Source: a virus (Duplodnaviria > Caudoviricetes). Taken from it: a stretch of 57,883 nucleotides of DNA. This document shows, one piece after another, positions 36,516 to 45,735 of this stretch; positions within the stretch are counted from its first letter, which is position 1, and each line of letters opens with the position of its first letter. The translations under genes were made by a program, and so were the position numbers. Under the pieces are notes generated by a model. That model did no database searches, had not been told where the DNA came from, and saw only the letters and a list, made by a program, of their open reading frames with translations. Location: positions 1 through 57,883 of the IMG/VR virus record IMGVR_UViG_3300048631_000350. One strand, 5' to 3'.

Positions 36516-37061
36516 TTACGATGCTTTTCGGCAAACACTTTCCAGAGCATTGATCTCGACTTCGTTCAAGTATCGAATCATATCCTGGAACGATTCATTC
36601 AAACGCTGGTGTCGGAACGTTGACTCAGCCATGCCGCATGCGGCCGCCCTTGCTGTCGCTGAAATCGTCTTGAAGCCGGTAGCCTGGCACGGAGTACAGT
36701 CTACCACTCGAGTATCCTCCGTAACCTGCCCCGTACCCTTGCACCGCGGGCATTTTCTGGCGCTCACAAATTCCTCGATAAGCGCGCACGCCACAGCCAT
36801 TCTGCGCGCAGGCTCCATATCGGCCCACACCGCAGACCTTGCGCTCATAACGTCCTGCAACTCCCCTACCGCATGAAGCGCCGACTTCACATCGTCACAG
36901 TATTTGGCCATCACCAGATGAAATGACAGCGAATCCAGCCGAGTACAGGCTGCCGCTATATCCATGCGATCAAGTATTGCCTTGCCGCCAAAAACAGCCC
37001 CAGGCTGCAAGCCCTTCGTTGTCAGTCGTGCCATCAAATACGCGCCCCTGTTCATGCTCAT
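36516..37061 (-). CDS. Late antiterminator Q (lambda type)
   Basis: DIAAA...KY; CPRCKGTG...CTPCQATG zinc finger plus HTH; upstream of pR'. Confidence 0.8.
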   Translation of the reverse strand: MSMNRGAYLMARLTTKGLQPGAVFGGKAILDRMDIAAACTRLDSLSFHLVMAKYCDDVKSALHAVGELQDVMSARSAVWADMEPARRMAVACALIEEFVSARKCPRCKGTGQVTEDTRVVDCTPCQATGFKTISATARAAACGMAESTFRHQRLNESFQDMIRYLNEVEINALESVCRKAS

Positions 37062-37333
37062 CACCCGCCCCTCATGCTGTTGTACATCGCCCGAATCTGC
37101 TTCTCGTCTTCCGCCGTTTGTTCTTTCAGCCAGGCTTCCAATTCCTCCCGGGTAATGCGCTTCTCCCGGTATTCGCTCCACTTCATGCGCGCCTGGGCCT
37201 CGATGGGCGCAGGTTCAAATCCTTCAAACCGTTCACCGAACCGATCCCGGCAGCTGCGTGCGGCTTCTTCCAGGCTTTCACCTGTGAGCATGGTGCAGCG
37301 TTTGCCGGCTACGATGGCGGTTAGTTGGTTCAT
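37061..37333 (-). CDS. Hypothetical protein
   Basis: Translationally coupled ORF (start approximate). Confidence 0.5.
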   Translation of the reverse strand: MNQLTAIVAGKRCTMLTGESLEEAARSCRDRFGERFEGFEPAPIEAQARMKWSEYREKRITREELEAWLKEQTAEDEKQIRAMYNSMRGG

Positions 37334-37611
37334 GCATTGCACCAATCCAGAGACAGCTCTCCGCAGCTGCGGCATTGATGCCCGTCAGGCGTCAGATAAA
37401 ACAGGTTGCTGCCGCAATTGCAGCGCCACATCGTTTCTGGCACTTGAGGCCCACGAAAAACGCCGTAAAACTTTCGGCAGCTCGGGCACTCCAGCAGCTC
37501 CGCGTCGCGCTCTTTCACCATTACCGCCCGCCACTCGTGTTCGCACTCCGTGCAGATTGCCGGGCCGGACAGGTGTGGCTTCATGCTGTCGATATCGATT
37601 ACATTGCTCAT
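37330..37611 (-). CDS. Cys-rich zinc-ribbon hypothetical protein
   Basis: MSNVIDI start with several CxxC pairs. Confidence 0.6.
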   Translation of the reverse strand: MSNVIDIDSMKPHLSGPAICTECEHEWRAVMVKERDAELLECPSCRKFYGVFRGPQVPETMWRCNCGSNLFYLTPDGHQCRSCGELSLDWCNA

Positions 37612-38216
37612 GCCGCCAATCTCCCTCGCTCCAATTCCCGTATCCGCTGATTCCACTGCTTGCGCAGCGCTTCCAGTTCCTGCCAGTCCCAATTCGCTGG
37701 CGCTGTGTTCGATTCGCAGTAGTCGATGATGCGTCTGGCTTCTTCCTCGCCGAATCGCCCAACCAGGCCGCGCTTGTAGCCTCGGGTGTTCTTGTTGCCC
37801 TCGATGTTTCCGCTCAGGGATTCATTGCAGGCCTTGTTGCACTGGAGGTACGTGTTCGTGCGGTCATAGCGCAAGTTCGACTGTGCGCCTCGCGTCTTGA
37901 AATGCCCGCAGCACCAATCCATGTGGGTCTTGCCGCAGGAAATACACTCGGGCTCCATGCCGCGCTCCCGAAACCACTCCATTTCCTCCAGCACGCGCAT
38001 CCGGTTGAACACTCGCTGGCATTGCTTGTGCTGCCACCGAAGATCCCGGCGGTTGAACTCCCGGCGCTCTGCCCTGGCCTGCTTAGCCTGCCGCTCTGCC
38101 TTCTTGGCCGCTTCTTTCTTCCCGATAGCCAGCGCACACCTTGGGCTGCATGCCACCTGCAGGGTGTTATAGGGCTTGAAGGGCTTTCGGCATTCGCGGC
38201 ATTTTTTCTGCTTCAC
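37608..38216 (-). CDS. ninG: NinG/Rap recombination endonuclease
   Basis: KKCREC...QVACSPRCA; CISCG...CGHFKTRGA...QC...CN...GN. Confidence 0.88.
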   Translation of the reverse strand: MKQKKCRECRKPFKPYNTLQVACSPRCALAIGKKEAAKKAERQAKQARAERREFNRRDLRWQHKQCQRVFNRMRVLEEMEWFRERGMEPECISCGKTHMDWCCGHFKTRGAQSNLRYDRTNTYLQCNKACNESLSGNIEGNKNTRGYKRGLVGRFGEEEARRIIDYCESNTAPANWDWQELEALRKQWNQRIRELERGRLAA

Positions 38217-38413
38217 AAGTAGTCCGCCTGTACGCCAATCCAGAGCCAATACACCATCGAACCGAAGCAAAGCAGGCGCCACGGACCGCCCCACTCAGAA
38301 ACGCGAAACGCTTGAACATCCCAATGGATAAAGCCGGAGCCGATGGAGAAGATAACCACTATGGCAACCCAGCCAATCAGTAGGCACCGCAGAAAGCTCA
38401 GAAACTTCTTCAC
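38213..38413 (-). CDS. Small membrane protein
   Basis: Two hydrophobic segments; coupled ORF. Confidence 0.55.
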   Translation of the reverse strand: MKKFLSFLRCLLIGWVAIVVIFSIGSGFIHWDVQAFRVSEWGGPWRLLCFGSMVYWLWIGVQADYL

Positions 38414-38637
38414 ACCTCACCCCGCTCATCAAAAGCCGCTGCAGCATAGGCGCGCCACGTTGGCTGGAATTCGGTTTCGCGATTCTCGATCTGCTGAATC
38501 TGCCCGCCGTTGGCCAGAAAATCCCGGGTCAACCGCTCAATCTCCGCGCTGTCGGCCTGCTTGTCGCGCTTGCGGGTCTGGCCTGTGCCGATGTGTACGC
38601 TTGCCTTCAGGTGGCGCTTGAATTCATCCCTGGTCAT
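38410..38637 (-). CDS. SutA-like RNA polymerase-binding domain protein
   Basis: KQADSAEIERLTRDFLANGGQIQQIE resembles the SutA core (FL.RGG.VQEIE). Confidence 0.6.
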   Translation of the reverse strand: MTRDEFKRHLKASVHIGTGQTRKRDKQADSAEIERLTRDFLANGGQIQQIENRETEFQPTWRAYAAAAFDERGEV

Positions 38638-39106
38638 TTACCATCACTCCTGCCATTTCTTCGATCTGCTCCGGCTCCAGCGAGGGCCAGTATTGCTTTG
38701 CGATGTGCCGGCAAAATCCGGCGATAACCTCTCGGAACGACCCCTCGTCCATCGACTCGAACGACAAGCTTTGCGGGATCAAGTGCAGACACTTGCCAAC
38801 ACCTGGAACCACGATGGCCATTTCCTCGCAGCCGATTTGCGTCTCAATCTGCAGGCGCTTCAATACGCGATGCGGGTCCATGCTCTCGAATTGCTCGATA
38901 TTCTCCGCGCACAACTGGCCCAGGGCGTGAGCCAGCCGGTGAAACTTAGGGTTGCGGGGCTTCCGGAACTCTACAAACACCAGGTCACCAGTCTTGAATC
39001 CCTTGTCCCGAAGTCGGGCCTGGCAACTGAGGTCTGCCGGCTGGAATGCGCCTTTCACGACTCGCAGCGGGAAGCGCTCTGGTTTTCGTTTTGCTGCCCG
39101 GCTCAT
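38624..39106 (-). CDS. NinB/DUF1367-like protein
   Basis: KPRNPKFHR and PQSLSFESMDEGSF motifs. Confidence 0.7.
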   Translation of the reverse strand: MSRAAKRKPERFPLRVVKGAFQPADLSCQARLRDKGFKTGDLVFVEFRKPRNPKFHRLAHALGQLCAENIEQFESMDPHRVLKRLQIETQIGCEEMAIVVPGVGKCLHLIPQSLSFESMDEGSFREVIAGFCRHIAKQYWPSLEPEQIEEMAGVMVNDQG

Positions 39107-40056
39107 GCCGCACCTCCCGGCCACCCATCAGGACAATAACCGCCGTGAGCCCGCTCATACTTGCCGTAACCGTCCACGCGGATCTCCCCTGCCTCTCTCA
39201 TCCGCTTGAGGATGCCCATGGTTCTCAGGTCGTCCATGCCGATGATCTTGGCCAGCTCTTTGCGGTACAGCGCCTTGACCGACAGCGCCGTTAGAATTTT
39301 TTCTTCAGGTGTCATCACTGATTCCTCCACTTACATCCAGCGCACCCCTCGTCAGACGCCCTCTCGCTGTATCCACAGCCCATCTTTTTCCAGGGGGTCT
39401 GCACCATAACCATCCTCGGCTTGCCGTCCTCCCAGCCGTCCTGCGCAGGGTATGAGCCAAACTTATCGGTAGCGGGTCGGTTTATGCAGTCGTGCTTATG
39501 ATCTACTGCGTTCATTGGCCACCCCCACAAACAAACGGCGCACTCTGAGTCACACGCTTCTCTGGCTGGTGCCAGGTGTCCCGGCTCTTGGGCTCAAGCT
39601 CAAGGCGATAGCGGCCAGAGGTGCAGGCAAAGGCGCCACCCTGGTCCCGGTGGAGCTTGCTGCCGAATTGGCTGGTTTCGATGGGCAGGCCGCGCTGGCA
39701 TCCGTCGCATTGGTTGGTCACCACCGATCCTCCTCCTCGCTTTCTTTCTCTCCCGGCGGCTCTCGCAGCATCCCCAGATCAAACAAGATCCCGAACACGT
39801 CACGAGCCTTGTAGCTGCCATCAAACTTTTGGGTAAGCTGGTCAGCCATATCAACCAGCCGTTCCCGCTCTTTATGGTTGAATGGCTTGAGGTAGCCGGG
39901 CTGAACGCCGGTGTATTGCGGGGCTGCATCGTGCTGCTCAACAACAATTTCATCGTTGTAGTAAGCAACCACGGTGACCTTGTACGCGTCCTCGCCTATG
40001 ACGTAGTCGCACACTGTCCCTACTGGCGGGTTTCCGTTGCCATACCAAGGCTTCAT
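39103..40056 (-). CDS. Cluster of four small coupled hypothetical ORFs (about 39103-39315, 39315-39515, 39512-39724, 39718-40056)
   Basis: Tightly overlapping minus-strand ORFs of the nin region; individual starts approximate. Confidence 0.5.
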
Positions 40057-40361
40057 AGCGATATCTCCATCTGTGATTCGGATTTCCTCGCAGCTGCATT
40101 AGCTCTGCGCATCTTGGCGTCATGGCGGTTATGGCACCGCTGGCATAGAGCGGCGAGATTCAACAGGCTTGCCGCTTCCGGCCGATGGTCGAACACATGC
40201 GCTGTCGTTAGCACCACCTTGCTCCCGGTTACAGGGTGCGGCTCATGGTTCTTTGCGCCGCACCATTCGCAACGGTTCCGGGCACGGAAGAAGCGCACGA
40301 ACCGACTCCGCAACTTCCAGTCCTTGGGGTATCTGGCTTTCATCTCTGGTCGAATAGGCAT
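40053..40361 (-). CDS. HNH-like protein
   Basis: RCEWCG...LTTAH..DH...NLAALCQRCH. Confidence 0.75.
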   Translation of the reverse strand: MPIRPEMKARYPKDWKLRSRFVRFFRARNRCEWCGAKNHEPHPVTGSKVVLTTAHVFDHRPEAASLLNLAALCQRCHNRHDAKMRRANAAARKSESQMEISL

Positions 40362-40660
40362 TACGCCGCCACCCCGCTCATCCATCCGTTCAACCGCTCT
40401 CTATTCAGCTCCACGCGAATCCACACCGGCACCCGCTTCAGCTCATACTTGTAGATGGTCGAGCCATCCAGTTGCTTGATGGGCTTGGCCGGTGGAATCT
40501 CGCAGTGGTAGTCGTTGCGCAGCTCCCGGATTCGGGCGGTGACGGCGGTATCTGATGCCAGACCGGCCTTTCGGCGGATTTCGCCAGCGGTCATGGGGCC
40601 AGCCTTGTGCATGGCGCGCAGGACTTTTCCGAGCTTGGTTTCTTTGCTTGGGACTCTCAT
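40361..40660 (-). CDS. Winged-HTH protein
   Basis: MTAGEI...AVTARIRELR. Confidence 0.6.
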   Translation of the reverse strand: MRVPSKETKLGKVLRAMHKAGPMTAGEIRRKAGLASDTAVTARIRELRNDYHCEIPPAKPIKQLDGSTIYKYELKRVPVWIRVELNRERLNGWMSGVAA

Positions 40661-40839
40661 GCTGCAACCTCCTGCGCAAACCAGACAGTTGAATCAACTT
40701 CCAAATACACCTGGTGCGTCAGGATCAGGAACGCCAGGCATTCGCACAGCAGATCAAGATCACAGAGGATGATCGCGTGCAGTTGATCGATTGAACGCGG
40801 GCCTTGTTCGTGCAGGATGCAAAGGATTTCTTCGTTCAT
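40657..40839 (-). CDS. Hypothetical protein
   Basis: ATGA-coupled 60-aa ORF. Confidence 0.45.
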   Translation of the reverse strand: MNEEILCILHEQGPRSIDQLHAIILCDLDLLCECLAFLILTHQVYLEVDSTVWFAQEVAA

Positions 40840-41786
40840 GCTGCCGCCCTCCGAGACTTGATCAGGCAGTCGAGGTAGTCATCGCCGACCTGGCCACTGA
40901 CGTACACTGATACCTTGAAGCCTTCTCGGTGTAGCCGCTTGGCCAGCGCATAAGCCGCGGCCTGACCGGTAAAGCTGGCGTCGTTGTCGGCATAGATCGT
41001 TACCTGCTTAATACCCTCGGGCGGCTCGAACGTCTCGATACCGTGCGCACTGACGCAGGCCCAGCAGGGCAAGCCCTCCCCTTCCATGACAGCAAGCGCG
41101 TTTTCGATGCCCTCAGTTACGGCAATGTGCTCAGCCGCCGGAGCCAACCGGATTGCGCAGCCGTTGATGCTGCTGATGGGTGTCAGGATTTTCTTGCTGG
41201 CCCGAACGTCTGCTTTTTTGCCTTCAGGCGTCAGGTAGGTAATGTGGAACGATTCGGTTTTGCCTTCGGCGTTTTCAATCTTGGCAACCATCGCCGGAAA
41301 CTGTCCGATCAGGCGGGGCTCGTTGAACTCGTCGCGCTCGTAATACCCCAGGCTCGGGTGGAGTCGCAGCGCATAACCGGCAATGCCCTGAATGCCACGG
41401 CCTTTCAGGTACATGGTGACCGGATCGTGTTGCCCGATACGCTGCAAACGCTTGCCGACATTCTTCAGGGCGTTGCGCGGGTCTTTCCGGCGCTTTGGCT
41501 GCTCAGCCTGTATGTCAGTGTTCTGGCAGATTTCGTCGATGCGCTTGGCGATCTCCGAGAACTCTTGACCTGTCACCGCCTCGATCAGCTTGAAACCATC
41601 GCCGGAACCGCACTGGCCGCAGATATAGGAGCCGGTGCCTTCTTTGTTATCGAATCGGAACCTGTCGTTACCGCCGCAGGATGGGCACGGGCCGTGCTTG
41701 TTCACCAGGTGGCGAGCGTCAATACCGAACTCCGGCAGGATGGCGTGCCACTTTCCTTTTGCGACTTCGCGAGTGGGCAGCTTCAT
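40836..41786 (-). CDS. DNA primase (zinc ribbon plus TOPRIM)
   Basis: HGPCPSCGGNDRFRFD, EGIENAL and YADND motifs. Confidence 0.9.
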   Translation of the reverse strand: MKLPTREVAKGKWHAILPEFGIDARHLVNKHGPCPSCGGNDRFRFDNKEGTGSYICGQCGSGDGFKLIEAVTGQEFSEIAKRIDEICQNTDIQAEQPKRRKDPRNALKNVGKRLQRIGQHDPVTMYLKGRGIQGIAGYALRLHPSLGYYERDEFNEPRLIGQFPAMVAKIENAEGKTESFHITYLTPEGKKADVRASKKILTPISSINGCAIRLAPAAEHIAVTEGIENALAVMEGEGLPCWACVSAHGIETFEPPEGIKQVTIYADNDASFTGQAAAYALAKRLHREGFKVSVYVSGQVGDDYLDCLIKSRRAAA

Positions 41787-43285
41787 GCGGCAGCCCTCCC
41801 TGCTTCACGGCGTTTGGCTGCCTTGATGTTCAGATGCTTCACCACGTTCAGCGTGTTCTGTGATGGTTTTGCGGGCTCAATTTGTTTGGTATTCCGTGGC
41901 GCCTTTCCGGCGTACTCCTTGCACTTATGAAAGGCCCAGCCCTGGTTGTAGCCCTTGCTCAAGGCGTAACCCTTCAGCTCGGCATACAGGCTGGCCAATT
42001 CCTCCGTGCTCCACTTCTCTTTCGGCGCGTTGTCCTTGGTGATTTCGTACAACTCTCCTTCGACAACCTCGACGTCCTGACGAACTTCAGGCTTGAACCC
42101 GCAGGCCGGGCAAACGTGTTTCGTGCTCACGTGGCCGCAGCTGGCGCACGGCTTTTCAACAGGGTCTTTCTTGTCCCGCTCTTTACGGTCAAGGTTGCGA
42201 CTGCTTTCGCCGTCGTGCAGCTCCTGGGGCAGCGGGGAATCTGGCAGGCCGTTGCGCAGGCAGTTGCCGGCGTGGTCAATGATGATGCAGTCGCTTTTGC
42301 CTTCAGCGGTGCGTAGGCCGCGGCCAATCATCTGAATGTGAAGCATCAGCGATTTGGTCGGCCTGGCCAGAACAACGCAAGCGGTTTCCGGTGCATCAAA
42401 GCCTTTGGTCAGTACCGCTACATTGCACAGAACCTTGATCTCGCCGCGACGGAAGGCGTTGATAGTTTCTGTGCGCCCTTCCTTGTCGGTGTCGTAGCCG
42501 TCGATGTGCGCGGCGGCAATACCCACCTGGCGGAACCGGTCACACAAGGCGCGGGAGTGCGCTACATTGGCCCCGAAGACGATGGTTTGACGACCTTCTG
42601 CAAGCTTGAGCCACTGCTCAATTACGTCGCCCATCAGTCCGTTTTCGCCCATGACATCTGCAACCGCGTCCGCATCCCAGTCGCCGGATGAATTGGTTTT
42701 CACGCCCTTCAGCTCTGGAATGTTTGGCGCGTAGCAGCGGGCCCGGCAAAGGTAGCCGGCGTCCATCAGGTCTCCCGTGGTGATGGTGACAACCAGGCGG
42801 TCAAAGATTTTGCCGAGACCCTTGCGGAAAGGCGTGGCACTGAGGCCGATCACTGGCACCCGCTTCTCCTTACACCACTGAATAATGTCCTCGTGCGCCT
42901 GATGCAGAACGTGTGCCTCGTCGATGATCAGCAGGTCGGGGCGAATTTCGTCCGGCATCTGACGCCAGCGCCGGCCTAGTGTCTGAATCGTGGCCACCTG
43001 AACCGGGGCTGCGTAGTTGGTCATGATGTGGTCGCCCTGGATAACGCCTACCCACATGCCGTCATCCATGAACCGCTTGGCGGCCTGATCAACCAGCTCC
43101 AGCGAATCCACAATGAAGAATGCCTTTTTGCCCTTGGCGCATGCGCCCTGCTTGATAGCCGAAGCGATTGTGGTCTTGCCCGATCCGGTGGGAGCCATAA
43201 GCATTTGAGCCATTGCGCCTGAACGTATGCCCTGGCGTAGCTCGCTCAAGGCTTGTGCTTGGTACTGTCGTAGCTGCTGTGCCAT
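41783..43285 (-). CDS. Superfamily 2 DEAH helicase with C-terminal zinc finger
   Basis: LRQYQ, PTGSGKT, DEAH, SATP and QMIGRGLR motifs. Confidence 0.93.
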   Translation of the reverse strand: MAQQLRQYQAQALSELRQGIRSGAMAQMLMAPTGSGKTTIASAIKQGACAKGKKAFFIVDSLELVDQAAKRFMDDGMWVGVIQGDHIMTNYAAPVQVATIQTLGRRWRQMPDEIRPDLLIIDEAHVLHQAHEDIIQWCKEKRVPVIGLSATPFRKGLGKIFDRLVVTITTGDLMDAGYLCRARCYAPNIPELKGVKTNSSGDWDADAVADVMGENGLMGDVIEQWLKLAEGRQTIVFGANVAHSRALCDRFRQVGIAAAHIDGYDTDKEGRTETINAFRRGEIKVLCNVAVLTKGFDAPETACVVLARPTKSLMLHIQMIGRGLRTAEGKSDCIIIDHAGNCLRNGLPDSPLPQELHDGESSRNLDRKERDKKDPVEKPCASCGHVSTKHVCPACGFKPEVRQDVEVVEGELYEITKDNAPKEKWSTEELASLYAELKGYALSKGYNQGWAFHKCKEYAGKAPRNTKQIEPAKPSQNTLNVVKHLNIKAAKRREAGRAAA

Positions 43286-44149
43286 AATTACCTCGTCACT
43301 TGGAGCCCGATCTGTTGCCTCGCCAAAGGTGGATCGGGCTTTTTTGTGTCTGGCGATCACTGGTCGTCGGTCGGCAAACTCTCGATCAGTGGTCGCCCCT
43401 TCCAGGTCAGAGGGCTCGCGTGTGCGGTTGTACCCTCTAACTCTGAGTTACCTTCTGCACTCCCTGACCATCTACTTCCTGGTAGGGGCGGATACATCTT
43501 CCCTATGCCCATGCGCTACGCAGGGTTGAGAATTTTCACCAGAGCGCCTTGCCGGCGGTGATGGCTCAGGTTTAACGCAGTTCCTGAACTTGGCAGGGAT
43601 TCACCAGATGCGCCTGGTATCCGCCGGGGCCTGCCAACAGCGTGTATCCGCGCTGCCCTCCCTCCCCTGCCGCTTCGCGGTTCTTCTAGCGGCTTAACTG
43701 TCATGACACTGGCCGAACAGAGTAATCGACCGATAAACCAGTGCCGGCGCTTGCGGCGGTTGCTCGGAGTAACCGCAGGCCCTCTCTAGCTTCGGGCGCA
43801 AGCTGTGTTCGTCAGGCCAGTTTTCCGCCAATGGCCCAGGGCGACTGCAATTGTCATTGCTTGATGGGTGGACGGAATCAAACCGCCTCTACCGCATCTG
43901 AAAACGCTCTGCCCGGTAGCTAACCGGTCTGCTGCGCGCTTACTCCACCATGAAGCAGTCAGAGCGCTTTCAGATGAGCTACTTGCGGTAGCTACTCAGC
44001 ACAACCCCCGGGGCGGTGGATATCGCTGTCAAGACCTTCGGTGTTGTGCTGCTGTCGTTATCTATGGGCCGGACCCGAACCCGGCTTGCATTACACTCGA
44101 CACTACAAGCTGGCCGATGCCTTCCACTAATCGCGCCTCCGGCTGGCGC
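43286..44149 (-). ncRNA. Long structured non-coding region (candidate ncRNA or origin)
   Basis: No convincing coupled ORF; ten or more stems, including a 17-bp stem (43895-43911/43960-43976) that is complete only on the minus strand through a G.U pair. Confidence 0.5.
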
Positions 44150-44338
44150 TCAGTCCCGATTAGTCCCTCTTAGGGACGCAACCGCCTTACGGATAGCCTC
44201 TGCTGGATTAACCCCCTCGTTCTGGCACTGCTGGATAAATTGCGCGGCTAGTCGCTCTTCAATGTCTTCCAGGGACTCACCGTCCCTATGAGCCTCTACC
44301 AGCTCCCGCACCTCTTCGTTGGTGTACGAAACGTTCAT
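44150..44338 (-). CDS. Hypothetical protein
   Basis: 62-aa ORF in the pR operon. Confidence 0.55.
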   Translation of the reverse strand: MNVSYTNEEVRELVEAHRDGESLEDIEERLAAQFIQQCQNEGVNPAEAIRKAVASLRGTNRD

Positions 44339-44367
44339 TCACCCACCTTCAGGGACGATTCGGCTCT

Positions 44368-44604
44368 TCAGTTCTGGCTCTGGAGGCGAATAATGGATTT
44401 GATGACGGTCTCGCGGCCCTCATCGCGCATGCGCTCAAGTTGCAGCTTGGTCAGCAGCCGCAGGAGCACGTTGGGCTTCATGTCCATTTCCTTGGCGAGA
44501 TTCAGGATCTGGATATAAGTGTCTGCGTCATAGCGCGGGCGCATGTCGTACTCATGGCCGCCGGGCAGAATGCCAACCGCTTCTTTGATCAGGGCTTTAC
44601 TCAT
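44368..44604 (-). CDS. CII-position transcriptional regulator
   Basis: GGAGG RBS; directly after cro; RHH-like pattern. Confidence 0.5.
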   Translation of the reverse strand: MSKALIKEAVGILPGGHEYDMRPRYDADTYIQILNLAKEMDMKPNVLLRLLTKLQLERMRDEGRETVIKSIIRLQSQN

Positions 44605-44632
44605 GATTGAGCCTCCAACTTTTTCAACTGCA

Positions 44633-44815
44633 TCAGGCAGCCTTTACTTGCTTGGGCTCGGCTGTCAGAGCCCCGTCCGTGATCTTTTCAAGCTGAAGCT
44701 GTCGCAGCTCGGGAACTTGGTCGCCCCAGTCGTAAACCGCCTGAGTGCTGATACCGAGAACCCGGGCCAGCGCAGCAACAGATTTGAAGTGAGAGATTGC
44801 TTGTTGCTTGGTCAT
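44633..44815 (-). CDS. cro: Cro repressor
   Basis: MTKQQAISHF...LARVLGISTQAVYDWG..VP..RQ; divergent from cI. Confidence 0.88.
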   Translation of the reverse strand: MTKQQAISHFKSVAALARVLGISTQAVYDWGDQVPELRQLQLEKITDGALTAEPKQVKAA

Positions 44816-44840
44816 AACGGCCTCCGTTCTATATGCGCTA

Positions 44841-44892
44841 TACAAGCACACTTGTATTGCGAAGGCAAGCAAGGTTTCAAAGCAAACTTGTA
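44841..44892. promoter_or_regulatory. OR operators (CAAG-N4-CTTG)
   Basis: TACAAGCACACTTGTA (44841-44856) and AAAGCAAACTTG (44879-44890). Confidence 0.75.
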
Positions 44893-44903
44893 AAATTTCA
44901 CCT

Positions 44904-45605
44904 ATGACTACACAAGCCGCACGACTCAAACGATTAATGAACGCCAGGAACGTCCCCGAGCGACAGCAGCGGAGACAACTGGAGAAAGTCACCGGGGCAA
45001 CTTATGAGGCCGTCCGACAATGGTTCGCTAATGACGCCGACAACATTAAGTCCGAATACCTGAACAAGATTGCTAAGACCTACAGCTGCCAGCTTGAGTG
45101 GCTTGTAAGCGGATCGGGGCGAATGGATAGTGGTGATCGGTACGGCAATGGAAGAGAGGTCAACCCCGATTCTCGCAAACTACCCGTGTTAGACTACATA
45201 CAGGCTGGCAACCCAAAACCAGTGGTAGAGAGCTACCAACCTGGCGCGGGTATGTCTGAAATATCTGTGGATAGTGAGCTGGAGCAGGAGTTAAGCATGG
45301 AGTCGTTTGCCCTTGTTGTGAAGGGTAATTCCATGGCGCCAGAGTACAAGGAAGGCGACATTGTTGTTGTAGATCCGAGCGTTAAGCCGTGGCCAGGGGA
45401 TGTGGTGGTTGCAATGCTCGACTCGGAACATGAGGCGACAATAAAAAAATATCGGTCACGAGGGAATGACGAGACCGGGCACCATGTTTTTGAGTTGGTA
45501 CCACTGAACGAGGACTATCACGTAATAACGGTTTCTTCGAGCAACCCCGGGCACATAGTCGGCACGGTGGTTGAGCACAGAAGGAATCTCCGCCGAAGGC
45601 GATAA
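44904..45605 (+). CDS. cI: CI-like repressor with S24 autopeptidase domain
   Basis: N-terminal HTH; QAG cleavage site; GNSM serine and TIKK lysine. Confidence 0.92.
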   Translation: MTTQAARLKRLMNARNVPERQQRRQLEKVTGATYEAVRQWFANDADNIKSEYLNKIAKTYSCQLEWLVSGSGRMDSGDRYGNGREVNPDSRKLPVLDYIQAGNPKPVVESYQPGAGMSEISVDSELEQELSMESFALVVKGNSMAPEYKEGDIVVVDPSVKPWPGDVVVAMLDSEHEATIKKYRSRGNDETGHHVFELVPLNEDYHVITVSSSNPGHIVGTVVEHRRNLRRRR

Positions 45606-45620
45606 CAAGAGCGATCCAAG

Positions 45621-45645
45621 AGGCCCGCACCCGCGGGCTTTTTTA
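45621..45645 (+). terminator. Terminator after cI
   Basis: GCCCGC-ACCC-GCGGGC followed by T6. Confidence 0.8.
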
Positions 45646-45661
45646 TTGCCTGCAACTTTTT

Positions 45662-45720
45662 TGCAAGTTTGCTTGCATATCAAAAACAACCGTGCTTGAA
45701 TAAGTGCAAGTCAACTTGTG
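45662..45720. promoter_or_regulatory. OL operators and pL
   Basis: TGCAAGTTTGCTTGCA (45662-45677), CAACCGTGCTTG (45687-45698), TGCAAGTCAACTTGTG (45705-45720); same consensus as OR. Confidence 0.78.
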
Positions 45721-45735
45721 TTTAGAGGCAACAGC

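Noticed and set aside
43860-44100. tRNA or tmRNA gene suggested by T-loop-like hairpins
   Set aside because: No complete cloverleaf, acceptor stem or CCA end could be built
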